Of a DNA stretch of 64,000 nt, positions 10,481-21,519 are shown in pieces. The position numbers and the translations under genes are program-made. Every line of letters begins with the position of its first letter. Position 1 is the stretch's first letter. Source of the DNA: an uncultured Actinomycetes bacterium (GTDB lineage: Bacteria > Actinomycetota > Thermoleophilia > UBA2241); contig CAWHYB010000006.1 of the NCBI GenBank assembly GCA_963833555.1, positions 45,331 through 109,330 on the forward strand, read 5' to 3'. The notes under the pieces were generated by a model. The model did no database searches and was not told the DNA's origin. It saw nothing but the letters and a program-made list of their open reading frames with translations.

Positions 10481-12713
10481 GCGGGGCGAGCGGCGCGCCG
10501 GCCCGGCCCGGTCTGCGTCTGGAGATCGACAATCACTCCGTCTCGGTGCCGGCCGGCACGACCGTGCTGCGTGCCGCCGAGCTTGCCGGTATCGCGATCC
10601 CGTCGCTGTGCGCTCATGAGGAGCTCGCGCCCTTCGGCGGATGTCGCCTGTGTATGGTCGAGATCGTCGGTGTGCGCGGCTACCCGCTGGCGTGCAGCAC
10701 GGCCGCGCAGGACCGCATGCAGGTCACGACCGACAACGCGGCGCTGACGAGCGCTGCGGGGCGAGATCCTGGCGCTCATCCTGTCTCAGCACCCCTCGAG
10801 CTGCCTGCTGTGCGACGAGCGCGACGCGTGTGCCCGCAACCAGGCGACGATCCGCAAGGCCGGCGTGACCACAGGCTGCCGCAGCTGCCCGAGCGACGGC
10901 GGTTGCGAGCTGCAGGAGGTGGCCGCGATGATCGGGACCGGGGCCGGCGAGCCGGGCGCTTCCGCCGGGACGAACGCCGCCCAGACGGTCTCGTACCCGG
11001 TCGCCTATCGCGGCCTCGAGGTCGAGCACGACGACCCCTTCTTCGATCGTGACTACAACCTCTGCATCCTGTGCGGACGGTGCGTGCGCATGTGCCAGGA
11101 GGTGCGCGGCGCCGCGGTGCTGGCGTTCACTGAGCGTGGCCCGAGGACGCTGGTGGGACCGGCCTTCGGCCGGTCCCACGTCGAAGCGAATTGTGAGTTC
11201 TGCGGGGCCTGCGTGTCGGTCTGTCCCACCGGCGCCCTTGCCGACAAGGTCTCGAAATGGGACGGCCCGCCCGAGGCTGTCGTGGAGTCCGCCTGTCCCC
11301 TGTGCGGGCTTGGCTGCCGTCTCGAGCTCGCGGTGGCGGGCGGAGCACTGTCGTCCGCCCGCGCCGCCCGCACCGAAGGGGGCAGCAGCAGCCAGCTGTG
11401 CGTGCTCGGGCGCTTCTGTCTGCCGGAGACGACCCATCACCACGATCGCCTCCGGCGGCCGATGGTGCGCCGCGGCGGATACTTCCGCGTCGCCGACTGG
11501 GACGACGCGCTCGATGAGGCGGCGCGACGGCTGGCGGGGGTCGACGCAGCGGCGGTTCGCCTGCTCGTCTCCGGCGATCTGACCAGCGAGAGTCTCTACG
11601 CCGCGCAGCGGTTCGCCCGCGGGGCGCTTGGGCTCGCCGGCGCCGAATCGGCGACCCTGGCGGGTCTGCCGGGGGGCGCCGCCGCCTGGCGCCGCCTGCT
11701 GAGGCTGCCCGTCGCGCTGGATGCGATCGCAAAGGCCGATCTCGTGATCACCTGCGGCATCGATCCGCGCTACGCGTTCTCGCCGGTCGCGGTGGAGGTG
11801 CGGCGCGCCGTGAGGCGCGCCGCCACGCTCATCGCGGTCGACGCCCGCGAGTCGTCGCTCACGCGGATGGCCGACCAGTGGCTGCGCGCGCGCCCCGGCG
11901 ACGAGGCGCGCGCTCTGACAGGCATGCTCGACCGTCTGGATGCGGTCGCCGTCGCGCCGAAGGAGCGTCGCGGCAGCCCCGCAGTGGCCGTCGTCATCGG
12001 GCCGCGCGTCTTCGACACCGCGGGGGTCGACGGCCTGATCGGTCGGCTCGAGGGGCTCGCGCGACGCCCCGGGTTCAGCGTGCTGCCGCTCGCGCCGGGC
12101 GCCAACGTGCGCGGGGCGCTCGCGCTCGGCCTGCTGCCGGCGGCCCGGGTCGGCGCCGGTGACGGCGCCGACCCGGGTGCCCACGCCGGCGTGGCGCCCC
12201 ACGTCCTCTACCTCGCCGGCGACGTGCCCTTCACCTGGCGTCCCGCCTGCGACGTGGTGATCGTGCAGGATCTCTACCTGCCCCCGTTCGATGTCGACGT
12301 GTTCCTGCCGGCGGCGTCGTTCGCAGAGGCCGCCGGCACGCTGACCGATCTGGCGGGCGGTGTCGGACGCCCTGGCGGCCGTCGAGCAAGCCTTGAGGCC
12401 GCGACGGCGCCGGGGAAGACGGGCCGCGACCGGACTGGGAGGTCTTCGCGGAGCTCGCCGCTCGTCTCGGCCATCCCGGTCTGCGGTTCGCGGACGTCGC
12501 GGCGGTCCGGGCGGCGATCCGGACGCCGACGGCCGACTTCGCGGCCTCCGGGCCGTCGACTCTGCCCGCGACCGCGGTTCCGCTCGACGACAGCGTCGCG
12601 GGCGCGGCGCTTCACCCTCGTGCAGGTGCACCCGGCTTTCGCCATCGCGGCATCGATCTGGCGGGCGTCGTCGAGGGTCTTGCCGATCTTGAGCTCGAGG
12701 AGGGGGCGCATGA
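10477..12713 (+). CDS. NuoG/FdhA-like (BfuA-like) Fe-S subunit with a degenerate molybdopterin-oxidoreductase domain; frameshifts near 10760 and after 12350
   Basis: IPSLC...CRLC...LACST [2Fe-2S]; HPSSCLLC...C; DYNLCILCGRCVRMC and CEFCGACVSVCP; CPLCGLGC...LC; no Cys/Sec-His active-site segment. End position approximate. Confidence 0.85.
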
Positions 12714-12932
12714 ACCCCGACGACATCGCGCGGCTGCGGGTGGCGCGGTGAGAGCGTCGGCCTCGCCGTCTCCGGCAACACCGGCGATCCGGACCGCCCG
12801 CCACGGCGCCGGCTCGTCGTTCCCGCGGAGGCCGGTCGCGACTGCCGGGCGGGCGCCGCCTACCTGCGGTCGGCCCCGCCGGTGCGGCTCCGGTCGGTGA
12901 GAGCCCGGATCAGTCGCGCGCGGGAGGGCCGC

Positions 12933-13768
12933 ATGGTCCCCGTCGTCGAACGCCGCATGATCGTCCCCAACCTCCACCTGCTCACGGTCGAGGCGCCGGA
13001 GGTCGCCGCGGCGGCGCAGCCCGGCAACTTCGTCATCCTGCGGCCGGACGACAGGGGCGAGCGCATCCCGCTGACGATGGCCGACTGGGACGCTGACGCC
13101 GGGACCGTCACCTCGATCTTCGCAGGTCGGCGCGTCGACGGCGAAGCTCGCGCGCCTCGAGCCGGCGACACGATCCCGACCTACGCCGGGCCGCTCGGCA
13201 ACGAGACCGAGATCGAGCGCGTTCGGCACGGTCCTGCTGATCGGCGGCTGCTACGGCATCGGCAGCATCTACCCGGTCGCCGCGCGCTCTGCGCGCGGCC
13301 GGCAACGCGGTCTATCGTCCTGATCGAGGCGCGCAGCGCGTACCTGCTCTACTGGGAGGAGCAGCTGCGCGCGCGTCTGCCGAGCGCGTCATCGAGATCA
13401 CCCGCGACGGCAGTCGCGGCTACAAGGGCCACGTGACGCGCCTGGCCGAGATCCTCACGCTCGAGGGGATCAGGCCCGACCGCATCATCGTCCACGGCTG
13501 CACCTTCCAGATGATGGAGGTCGTCGCGGCAGACCGGCCGCTGGGCATCAAGACGATCGTCAGCATGAACCCGATCATGATCGACGGCACCGGCATGTGC
13601 GGCGTCTGCCGGCTGACCGTGGCCGGCAAGACGAAGTTCGCCTGCGTGGACGGCCCCGAGTTCGACGGCCACGAGGTGGACTGGGAGGAGTTCCTCGCGC
13701 GGCGCGAGAGCTACAACCCCGAAGAGGTCGAGCCCCTCCGCACGAGCGGATGCGCCTCTCACTTCTGA
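12933..13768 (+). CDS. nfnA: NfnA / SudB-type flavoprotein (small subunit of NADH-dependent Fd:NADP oxidoreductase); several indels
   Basis: AQPGNFVIL, GERIPLTMAD, GPLGN, LIGGCYG-type motif, SMNPIMIDGTGMCGVCR, CVDGPEFDGHEVDW; GGGAGG RBS. Confidence 0.88.
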
Positions 13769-13788
13769 GAGGCGAGGTCGAGGCGCAG

Positions 13789-15202
13789 GTGGCCCAGAGA
13801 TCGACCACATGCAGGCGGCCGATGCCGAAGCAGGAGCCCGTTCGAGCGCGTCCGCAACTTCGACGAGGTGGCCCTCGGCTACACGCCCGAGCTGGCCGCG
13901 CGAGGAGGCCGCGCGCTGCCTGGCCTGCAAGAAGCCGGGCTGCGTCGACGGCTGCCCCGTCGGCATCGACATCCCCGGCTTCGTCGGCCTGGTCGCGGAG
14001 GGCGACTTCGCCGGCGGCGATCCGCAAGATCAAGGAGACCAACGCGCTGCCGGCCGTCTGCGGCCGCGTCTGCCCGCAGGAGGAGCAGTGCGAGAAGCGT
14101 CTGCGTGCTCGGCAAGAAGGGCGAGCCGGTGGCGATCGGCCGGCTCGAGCGCTTCGTCGCCGACTGGGAGGCGGCGCAGGGCGGCGGTCGAGCGCCCGCG
14201 TCTGCCGCCCCGCAACGGCAAGAACGTCGCCGTCGTCGGCTCCGGGCCGGCCGGCATCACCGTGGCCGCGCGACCTCGCCCTGCGCGGCTACGCAGGTCA
14301 CGATGTTCGAGGCCCTGCACGAGGCGGGCGGCGTGCTGACCTACGGCATCCCCGAGTTCCGGCTGCCCAAGGCGATCGTGCGGCGCGAGGTCGAGTACGT
14401 GAAGAGCCTGGGCGTCGAGCTGCGGCTCGACTATCGTGGTCGGCAAGACGCGCACCGTCGACTGCGCTCTGCTGCGAGGACGTTCGACGCCGTCTTCGTC
14501 GGCGCCGGCGCCGGGCTGCCCTGGTTCCTCGAGATCCCCGGCGAGAACCTCAACGGCGTCTACTCGGCCAACGAGTACCTGACCCGCTGCAATCTGATGC
14601 GCGGCTTCCGCTTCCCCGCCTACGACACGCCGCTGAAGCGGGCGCCGCGAGTCGCGGTCTTCGGCGGCGGCAACGTGGCCATGGACTCGGCGCGCACCGC
14701 GCTGCGGCTGGGCGCCGACGAGGTGCACATCGTCTACCGGCGCAGCCACGAGCGAGCTGCCCGCGCGCGCCGAGGAGGTCGAGAACGCCGAGGAAGAGGG
14801 CGTCATCTTCGACTTCCTCACGCTGCCCGGTGCGCCTCATCGGCGACGAGCGCGGGCTGGCTCACCGGCGATCGAGTGCCTGCGCATGGAGCTGGGCGAG
14901 CCCGACGCTTCGGGCCGCCGCCGGCCCGTCGAGATCCCGGGCTCGGAGTTCACGATGCGCGATGGACGCCTCGGTCTGCGCCATCGGCAACAGTCCCAAC
15001 CCGCTGATCCCCATGACGACGCCGGGACTCGAGGTGGGCAAGAGGGGCAACATCGTCGCCGACGAGGAGACCGGCCTGACGTCGCGCGAGCGCGTCTGGG
15101 CCGGCGGCGACGTCGTCACCGGCGCGGCCACGGTGATCAGCGCCATGGGAGCCGGGCCGCAAGGCGGCCCGCTCGATCGACGAGCTGCTGACGGGCGCCT
15201 AG
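13789..15202 (+). CDS. nfnB: NfnB / SudA (GltD-like) bifurcating flavoprotein; several indels
   Basis: NFDEVALGY, EAARCLACKKPGCVDGCPVGIDIP, CGRVCPQEEQCE, VVGSGPAG, YGIPEFRLPK, GGGNVAMDSAR, YRRS, AGGDVVTGAATVI. Confidence 0.9.
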
Positions 15203-15253
15203 CGGCGTCGGCGAGGTCGGGTCGGACGACGCCGGGGCCGCCCTGCGGCGCGA

Positions 15254-17749
15254 TCAGCCGGTGTGGACCGGCGTGAGCCGCCGGGGCTGCTCGCGGCTGT
15301 CGTCCAGACGCAGCAGCATGCGCACCGTCGTGCCGTGACCGCCGGAGACGATCTCGACATCGTCGGCCAGATGCCGAATGAGGAACAGTCCCCGACCGCC
15401 GACCTTCAGCGGGTCCGGTGTGGCTTCGAGATCGAGTGTGCGGACATCGAAGCCGCAGCCGCTGTCGCTGACCTCGACGACGACCGCATCGTCGCTCACC
15501 TGGGCCGAGACGACGATGCGGCCGTCGTCGTCGCCGGCGTGCAGGATGGCGTTGGTCAGCGCCTCCTCGGCGCACAGGACGGCCTGCTGTTCGGGCCGGC
15601 CGGAGATGGCATGACGCGCGAGGTAGGCGGAGAACACCCCGCGCAACTCGCCCGCAGAGGCCCCGCGCGAGGCGAACGAGACCTCGAGGACATCGGGTTC
15701 GGCAATCGCTGGGCCCGCCCCCGGCGTCATGGCCGCGAGCTTCGGCCGCACCAGGAGGACGGCGAGGTCGTCGGCGGCTCGCCGTCCCACTCGCCGCACG
15801 TGATCGAGCACGTCGTCGAGCTGCTCGATCGTCAATGGGTCCGCCCGGTCTTGCGGGCTGGTCTCCGCCGGGTCACGACCTCCTCCGCGTGCCTGCTCGA
15901 TCAAGGCTAGCACGCCCGACAGCCCCACGCGCTGGCGGCCGCGGGCGAAGGCGAAGCAGTCGGGCAGGCCGTCGGTGTAGAAGAGCAGCGACCAGGCGGG
16001 CGGCAGGTCCACGGTCGTGACCGGCCATTCGGGATCGTCGCTCACGCCGAGCGGCACGCCGTGCCTGGCCGCCACCTCGACGACGTCGTTCGGCGTCGCG
16101 AGCAGCGGCTGCGGGTGGCCGGCGAGCGCCAGTGTCAGCCGCGCCTCGGTGGCCGCGACGCAGGCGAGGCAGACCGTCGCGAACTGGCCGTCCTCGGCCC
16201 GCTCGGCAGTGAGCACGTCGTTGAGACGCGACAGCAGCTCGTCGAACGGCGTGCCCTGCATGGCGAGCCCGTGCCACGCGGCGCGCAGCATGGCGCCCAG
16301 CGCGGCGGCGTCCGGCCCGTGGCCCGTGACGTCGCCGATGATCAGACAGATGGAGCCGTCGGGACGGGTCGCCGTGTCGAGAAAGTCGCCGCCGATCAGC
16401 AGATGGCGCTCGCCGGGGACGTAGCGATAGTCGACGGCGAGCCGTTCGCTCTGCACCGCCATCTTGGGCAGCAGGCTCTCCTCGAGCCGACGGTGGAGGC
16501 GCGCCGCTTCTCGCTCGGCCGCCATGCGCTCAGCTCGCTCGATGGCGATGGCGGCCTCGTCCGCGAAGCGGCGCGCCACCGAGAGCAGCTCTTCACCGGG
16601 TCGGTCGATCGGCTCGGTCCAGGCGAAGAACAGCAGCGATCCGACCTGTGACCCATAGGCGACTGGCAGAGCGAGCAGTGACCGGTAGCCGCGCGCCTTG
16701 AAGTAGGCCTGCAATTTGGTCGGCCTCTCGGACGGGCCGGGATCCGTCGCGGCGAAGTGGACGTGGACGTCACTGACGAACAGCGGCTGCCCGGAGCGGA
16801 CGACGCCCCCCAGGTCGGCGAGCTCGTCGAGCGTCCAGCGGTCCTCGCTCACCGTCTCGGGCGCGCGAGCGAGCAGGCGGACATCATCGCCTTCGACGCT
16901 CCAGAACGATGTGGTCGAGCAGCCGAACAGGCCGATGGCGGTACTGCAGAGCTCCGCGGCGACCTGGGCTGGGCTCGCCGTCAGAGCGAGACCGCTGAAG
17001 ATCGCCAGGACTCGTTCGATGTCGCGGCGCAGCCGCACCGACGCGGTGACGTCGGTCAGGGTGAGATGGAGCACGTGGCCCGTCGCATCGGCGAGGCAGT
17101 GCGCAGTCAGCGCGACCACCGGACCATCGTCGGCCAGCCTGACCTCGTTACGCTGCACTTCGGCGCCGGTCGCCGTCGCGCAGGCGAGCAGCGCGTCGAG
17201 CACGTCGGCGGGCAGGTCCGGGAGCAGACCGGCCAGCGGCCGGTCGTGCCAGCCCTGCCCGCCGTCGGCGCCGCGGCGCGCAAAGAGTCCGCGCAGGCGG
17301 GCGTTGGCGTCGTCGCAGCGCAGGTCCGGGCCCGAGAACAAACCCACTGCGGCGGCCGTCGATTCGAGCGTGTCGTGCACGCGCATCTCGCGTGACTCGA
17401 GTTCGGCGAACGACGTCGCGAGGCGCCGCCGCAGGCCGCCGGCCGCCGAGCCCGCGATCGCGGCGATGCCGATCCAGATGAACGCAGTCGCGACGGACGC
17501 CGGGCCTGAGATCTGGTGCGGCGGGTTGGCCACGAGAGTCACGAAGAAGAGCCCCGCTCCGGTCGCCGTGATGAGCGCCGGGACGAGCCCGGCGGTCACG
17601 GCGACGACGATGGCGACGGCCGTGGCAAGGGCGCCCGGCATGCCGAAGTAGGGGGTGGGATCGCCGAAGGCGAAGGGTGTCAGCACACAGATCTCGGCGA
17701 CCACGCCGACCAGCGCGGCCAGCCACGGCCGGCGCTGGCCGCTGCTCAT
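15254..17749 (-). CDS. Membrane-bound SpoIIE/RsbU-type PP2C phosphatase with PAS/GAF domains and a C-terminal RsbW-type anti-sigma kinase domain
   Basis: Four N-terminal TM helices; GGDFLD, GDVTGHG, YTDGL, DDLAVL; then EALTNAILHA, VSDSGCGF, GGRGLFLI. Confidence 0.9.
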   Translation of the reverse strand: MSSGQRRPWLAALVGVVAEICVLTPFAFGDPTPYFGMPGALATAVAIVVAVTAGLVPALITATGAGLFFVTLVANPPHQISGPASVATAFIWIGIAAIAGSAAGGLRRRLATSFAELESREMRVHDTLESTAAAVGLFSGPDLRCDDANARLRGLFARRGADGGQGWHDRPLAGLLPDLPADVLDALLACATATGAEVQRNEVRLADDGPVVALTAHCLADATGHVLHLTLTDVTASVRLRRDIERVLAIFSGLALTASPAQVAAELCSTAIGLFGCSTTSFWSVEGDDVRLLARAPETVSEDRWTLDELADLGGVVRSGQPLFVSDVHVHFAATDPGPSERPTKLQAYFKARGYRSLLALPVAYGSQVGSLLFFAWTEPIDRPGEELLSVARRFADEAAIAIERAERMAAEREAARLHRRLEESLLPKMAVQSERLAVDYRYVPGERHLLIGGDFLDTATRPDGSICLIIGDVTGHGPDAAALGAMLRAAWHGLAMQGTPFDELLSRLNDVLTAERAEDGQFATVCLACVAATEARLTLALAGHPQPLLATPNDVVEVAARHGVPLGVSDDPEWPVTTVDLPPAWSLLFYTDGLPDCFAFARGRQRVGLSGVLALIEQARGGGRDPAETSPQDRADPLTIEQLDDVLDHVRRVGRRAADDLAVLLVRPKLAAMTPGAGPAIAEPDVLEVSFASRGASAGELRGVFSAYLARHAISGRPEQQAVLCAEEALTNAILHAGDDDGRIVVSAQVSDDAVVVEVSDSGCGFDVRTLDLEATPDPLKVGGRGLFLIRHLADDVEIVSGGHGTTVRMLLRLDDSREQPRRLTPVHTG

Positions 17750-17814
17750 CCAGCGCGACTCGAGGAGCTCGTAGAAGCGACCGGTGAGAGCGCCGCCGCG
17801 GGCGCGCGTTGCAG

Positions 17815-17844
17815 AGTGACTGTTTTCACTGTACACATAGTGAA
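17815..17844. promoter_or_regulatory. AT-rich palindromic operator-like sites upstream of the PP2C gene
   Basis: AGTGA-N6-TCACT (17815-17830) overlapping TTCACT-N8-AGTGAA (17825-17844) in an AT-rich patch. Confidence 0.4.
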
Positions 17845-17909
17845 TAATAGGCGATTGGCGGCTCGTCACAAGGGGCAGTCGCGTTGGCTACGGCGAACAA
17901 GCCGGGGCT

Positions 17910-18830
17910 TCAGCGGCGGTCCGGTCGCGGCGGCGGCTGGTAGGTGTGGTCCTTGGCGTCCCAGCCGCCGATGCTCACCGCGACACGATAGACGCTGTTC
18001 AGGAACCCGAGCAGCACGACGCCCGGATCGTCACTCTTACGCACCTCGTCGTAGGGCAGGAGCCATTCGCCCATCGCCTCGACCCAGCCCGCCTTCGCCG
18101 GTTCGATGGGCACGGTCGCACAGCCGTCGGGGCGAGGGTGGAGGTAGGCGTAGAAAGCGGCGTGCGGGGATGAGTCGTCGCCCGGCCACAGGCCAGCGTT
18201 CAGATGTTCGGCGTCGAGGTCGTAGCGCATGATGTAGCCGCGGTCGTCTGGCGGGTGGACGTGCCTGCCGCTGAAGAGCAGTACCGCGAGATCGAACGCG
18301 CCCCACCAGAACTGCACGCCCGTGCGGCCGAAGAAGCCAGAGCGGAACTCGTCGAAGACCTCGCCGATCGAACAGAGCGCACGATGGAACCGCGCCGCCT
18401 GCCCGGTGTCGAAGGCGCGGTCATGGGTGTTGGCCGAGAAGAGCGTGGCGTCGGCCATCTCCTGGGGCTTCTCCCAGATATCTGCGACCACCTGCAGCCG
18501 CGCCAGTCCAGCCCGGAAGTCGCCCCAGACGTCGGCCACGCTGCGGTCGCCCGTGAGCGGGACCATGACCGCCGGGTCGCTGCCGGCCCGCAGCCACAGG
18601 ACGCCGTCGACCACGTCGATGCCCGCGTCGACGGCGCGACCGCCCGTGAGCAGCGGGCCGGTCACGAAGCCACGGGAATCGAGCTGCAGGCCGGTGTGCA
18701 GCCACTGCGGCAGAGGTGGCTGCAGGGCGAGCTTGAGCTTGCCGAGCATCTGGGTGTACTGGTGCAGCGTCTTGCTGGTCGGCGCCCACTCCGCATAGGG
18801 GAGCGGCGGCCACGTCGTGTGATCGGCCAT
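17910..18830 (-). CDS. DUF5996 family protein
   Basis: WPPLPYAEW..T..TLH..TQMLGK, FRSGFFGRTGVQFWWGAFDLAV, GLWPGD, AFYAYLHPRPDG. Confidence 0.85.
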   Translation of the reverse strand: MADHTTWPPLPYAEWAPTSKTLHQYTQMLGKLKLALQPPLPQWLHTGLQLDSRGFVTGPLLTGGRAVDAGIDVVDGVLWLRAGSDPAVMVPLTGDRSVADVWGDFRAGLARLQVVADIWEKPQEMADATLFSANTHDRAFDTGQAARFHRALCSIGEVFDEFRSGFFGRTGVQFWWGAFDLAVLLFSGRHVHPPDDRGYIMRYDLDAEHLNAGLWPGDDSSPHAAFYAYLHPRPDGCATVPIEPAKAGWVEAMGEWLLPYDEVRKSDDPGVVLLGFLNSVYRVAVSIGGWDAKDHTYQPPPRPDRR

Positions 18831-18857
18831 CGTGCCCGACTCCTGTTCGCCAGACGA

Positions 18858-20081
18858 TTACTTGCCCGGGCCGGGCAGCAGGCACTCCATCATCGCCACG
18901 GCCGATGAGCAGTCCCAGGAGTAGAGCGGCCCGGTGACGGGCGGCTTCATCCAGTCCCAGCCGGCCAGTCCGCGAGCGTTGCGGTGAGCCCAGGCGACCG
19001 CTGCGTTCAGGCGGAACCAGGAGTCGAACGTCGTCATGCGGTCGGCGCGCGTGAAGGCGATCGCCCAACGCGCAAAGATCCCCTTGAAGCCGCCCTCGTC
19101 CTGGTCGGCATGGACCGCATCGTTCTGCAGGATGCCGTGGGTGGTCAGATCCGTCCTGGTGTACTCGAGGGCCCGGAGTGCGTCGGCATCGTAGGTGCGG
19201 TCGCCGGTGACGGAGTAGAGCAGGTGGCCGGCGCCGATGAACGATCCCTGGTCGTAGGTGAACTTGATCCGGTTGACCGTGGCGGAGCCGCCGCCCGTGG
19301 GTTTCAACGCGTCGTAGACCTGGCCGGTCGTCGGGTCGAAGAGGTGGGCACGCATCCAGGCGTAAACGCCCTGGGCCTTGGCCAGGTACGAGCCGTCGTG
19401 CGTCGCGCGGTAGATCTCGCAGGCTGCGATGACGGCCGGGGCGTTGGTGGTCGCGTTCTTCTGGGGCAACACGTATGAAGTGCGCCACCACAACCCGCCG
19501 CCCAGATCCATGCTCCAAGCGCGCGCGTAGACCTGGTCGAAGTTCGTCTTGGCGATGTCGAGGTAGCTCGTGTCGCCCGTGATCTGGGCGGCGCGGGCGA
19601 ACGCGATGATCATCCACATGGCGTCGTCATTGGCCCGCGGATTGGGCAACACTCGCCCCGTCTGCGACAAGAGCACGAGCCAGTCAGTCCTATACCTGTG
19701 GAGGACACCGCGGCACAGCGCCACGACGAGCTGCCGATAGGCGGGCTTGCCTGTGAGCTGCGCGTAGTCCTCGACCGTCTCGATCATCTCCGCCTCGCGC
19801 CAGAAGTCAGCAGCGTGAGTGCCGTTCATGTAATCGACGTAGTAGCCCAGACTGGGGGCGCTGACATAGAAGGCCGCATTGAACGACGCGAGGGCTGCGG
19901 CGGCATCGGCGGCTACCAGATGCGGCAGGTGAGCGGGAATATCGACGGTCGCGCCGCCCCCGCCGCCCCCGCCGCAGCCGGCCACGCTCAGGGCGACCGT
20001 CGCGGCGACGAGCGCCACCTTGGCGAAGCCGGCGAGAGTACGGATTCGTCTGGTCACGGTGCGGAGCCTACCCGGTAGCAA
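18858..20081 (-). CDS. Glycoside hydrolase family 76 lipoprotein (alpha-1,6-mannanase-like)
   Basis: Lipobox LSVAGC plus Gly linker; NDDAMW catalytic Asp pair, GGGLWW, KNATTNAP, TYDQG, GGFKGIFARW. Confidence 0.88.
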   Translation of the reverse strand: MLPGRLRTVTRRIRTLAGFAKVALVAATVALSVAGCGGGGGGGATVDIPAHLPHLVAADAAAALASFNAAFYVSAPSLGYYVDYMNGTHAADFWREAEMIETVEDYAQLTGKPAYRQLVVALCRGVLHRYRTDWLVLLSQTGRVLPNPRANDDAMWMIIAFARAAQITGDTSYLDIAKTNFDQVYARAWSMDLGGGLWWRTSYVLPQKNATTNAPAVIAACEIYRATHDGSYLAKAQGVYAWMRAHLFDPTTGQVYDALKPTGGGSATVNRIKFTYDQGSFIGAGHLLYSVTGDRTYDADALRALEYTRTDLTTHGILQNDAVHADQDEGGFKGIFARWAIAFTRADRMTTFDSWFRLNAAVAWAHRNARGLAGWDWMKPPVTGPLYSWDCSSAVAMMECLLPGPGK

Positions 20082-20114
20082 ACGGTCGCCGCTCGCACGG
20101 CGACGCCGGGTGGC

Positions 20115-20576
20115 TCAGGCGCGTCGCACACGACGGCCCCAGCGCAGTCCACAGAAGTGCTGCACCGCGGGGGTGATGCTGAGCAGCCCGATCAGCGCCC
20201 CGACGGGCCCCCAGATGAGTTGCTGGAAGTTGTAGCCGACGACCAGCAGCTCGACGACCTCGAAGATGACGAGCGCGCAGCCGATCGCGAACGACCCGAA
20301 CCACGCCCAGGGACGACGTCGCCACAGGCCGGCTGCCACGATCAGAGGCGCGATGCCGAGCAGCACCAGCAGGACGAGACCAGGCACGAGGAAGTCGGCG
20401 AACGGCGAGGGATCGACCGAACCGGCCATCTGCAGCAGCTTGCCGCTCGGGTCGAGCGTCAGGGCTGCGCCTCCGAAGATGCCGCCGATGCCCTGCAGGA
20501 CGAGCAGGACGAGCAGGGGCCAGACGAGCAGGGGCCGGCGCACCCTGCCGAGGACGAAGAGCGGGGGCTTCGTCAT
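20115..20576 (-). CDS. Hypothetical membrane protein (4 TM)
   Basis: Four hydrophobic helices; conserved-looking SPFADFLVPGLVL segment. Confidence 0.75.
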   Translation of the reverse strand: MTKPPLFVLGRVRRPLLVWPLLVLLVLQGIGGIFGGAALTLDPSGKLLQMAGSVDPSPFADFLVPGLVLLVLLGIAPLIVAAGLWRRRPWAWFGSFAIGCALVIFEVVELLVVGYNFQQLIWGPVGALIGLLSITPAVQHFCGLRWGRRVRRA

Positions 20577-20729
20577 GATCTCCTCTTGAGCCTGTGACTT
20601 GGAAGCGGACCGATGAGCAGGATAACGTGGCGGCCGGCTGCTTTCACCCCGGGCGCCGCGAGCGCCAGCGAGGCGAGCGAGGTGCGCGCCGGCTCCAGCG
20701 GGCATACTGTGGCATAAGCTCGGAGGTGC

Positions 20730-21506
20730 ATGCTGGACCTGTTCGACATCGGCATCTCGACCGGCGCGTACGCTCAGCAGCCGCTCGCCGCAGCACTGCT
20801 GCGCATCGCGGAGCTCGCGCCGGCGGCCGAGATCTTCTCGTTCGGGCGCCACTCGCTGCTCCTGCCCGGCAATGCGCTCGCCGTCGCCACGATCGGTCTG
20901 CCGTTCAGCGTGCATGGACCGTTCACGCACTTCGAGTTCGCTACCACTTCCAACGGCAGGCACCGCGCCGCAGTCGAGCTGCATCGGCGTCACATGGAGG
21001 TAGCCGCGGAGCTCGGCGCCTTTCTCTACATCGTCCACCCTGACCTGCATCGCCGGCCAAGGCTCCGGAACCCCAAGATCGTCGCAGCCCTGGAGCGTTC
21101 GTTCGAGGAACTCCGGGGCCTCCAGGACGAGCTCGGCATCGATGTCGCCGTCGAGAACATGCCGCTGACCGGGCACTCGCACTTCACGGCGCCCGGCGAC
21201 CTCGACCTTCATGGCCTCGGCCTCGTCCTCGACGCCGGTCACGCCGCTCTCACCGACACGCTTGCCGAGTGGCTGGCCGAGCCGCAGGCTCTTCTGAAGC
21301 ACGTACACCTCCACGACAACGGGGGCCGCGGCGACGGCGACCGGCACGAAGCCGTGGGCAGCGGCGTGGTCGATGCCGCGGCGGTGCTGGCCGTGGCCCG
21401 CGCCGCCGGTGCAACCATCGCCCTGGAGCTGACCAACGAGGCCGACGTGCTCGCGAGCCTCGACTACCTGCGTGCCCACGACCTTCTCTCGTTGTACGTC
21501 CGGTAG
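20730..21506 (+). CDS. Sugar phosphate isomerase/epimerase family TIM-barrel protein
   Basis: VHP, AVENMP, LDAGHA, HVHLHDN..RGDGDRH...GSG, LELT metal-binding pattern; GGAGG RBS. Confidence 0.85.
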   Translation: MLDLFDIGISTGAYAQQPLAAALLRIAELAPAAEIFSFGRHSLLLPGNALAVATIGLPFSVHGPFTHFEFATTSNGRHRAAVELHRRHMEVAAELGAFLYIVHPDLHRRPRLRNPKIVAALERSFEELRGLQDELGIDVAVENMPLTGHSHFTAPGDLDLHGLGLVLDAGHAALTDTLAEWLAEPQALLKHVHLHDNGGRGDGDRHEAVGSGVVDAAAVLAVARAAGATIALELTNEADVLASLDYLRAHDLLSLYVR

Positions 21507-21519
21507 GCTGGACTCCGCC

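Noticed and set aside
17815-17844. Rex operator
   Set aside because: Half-site order and spacing do not fit TTGTGAA-N4-TTCACAA.
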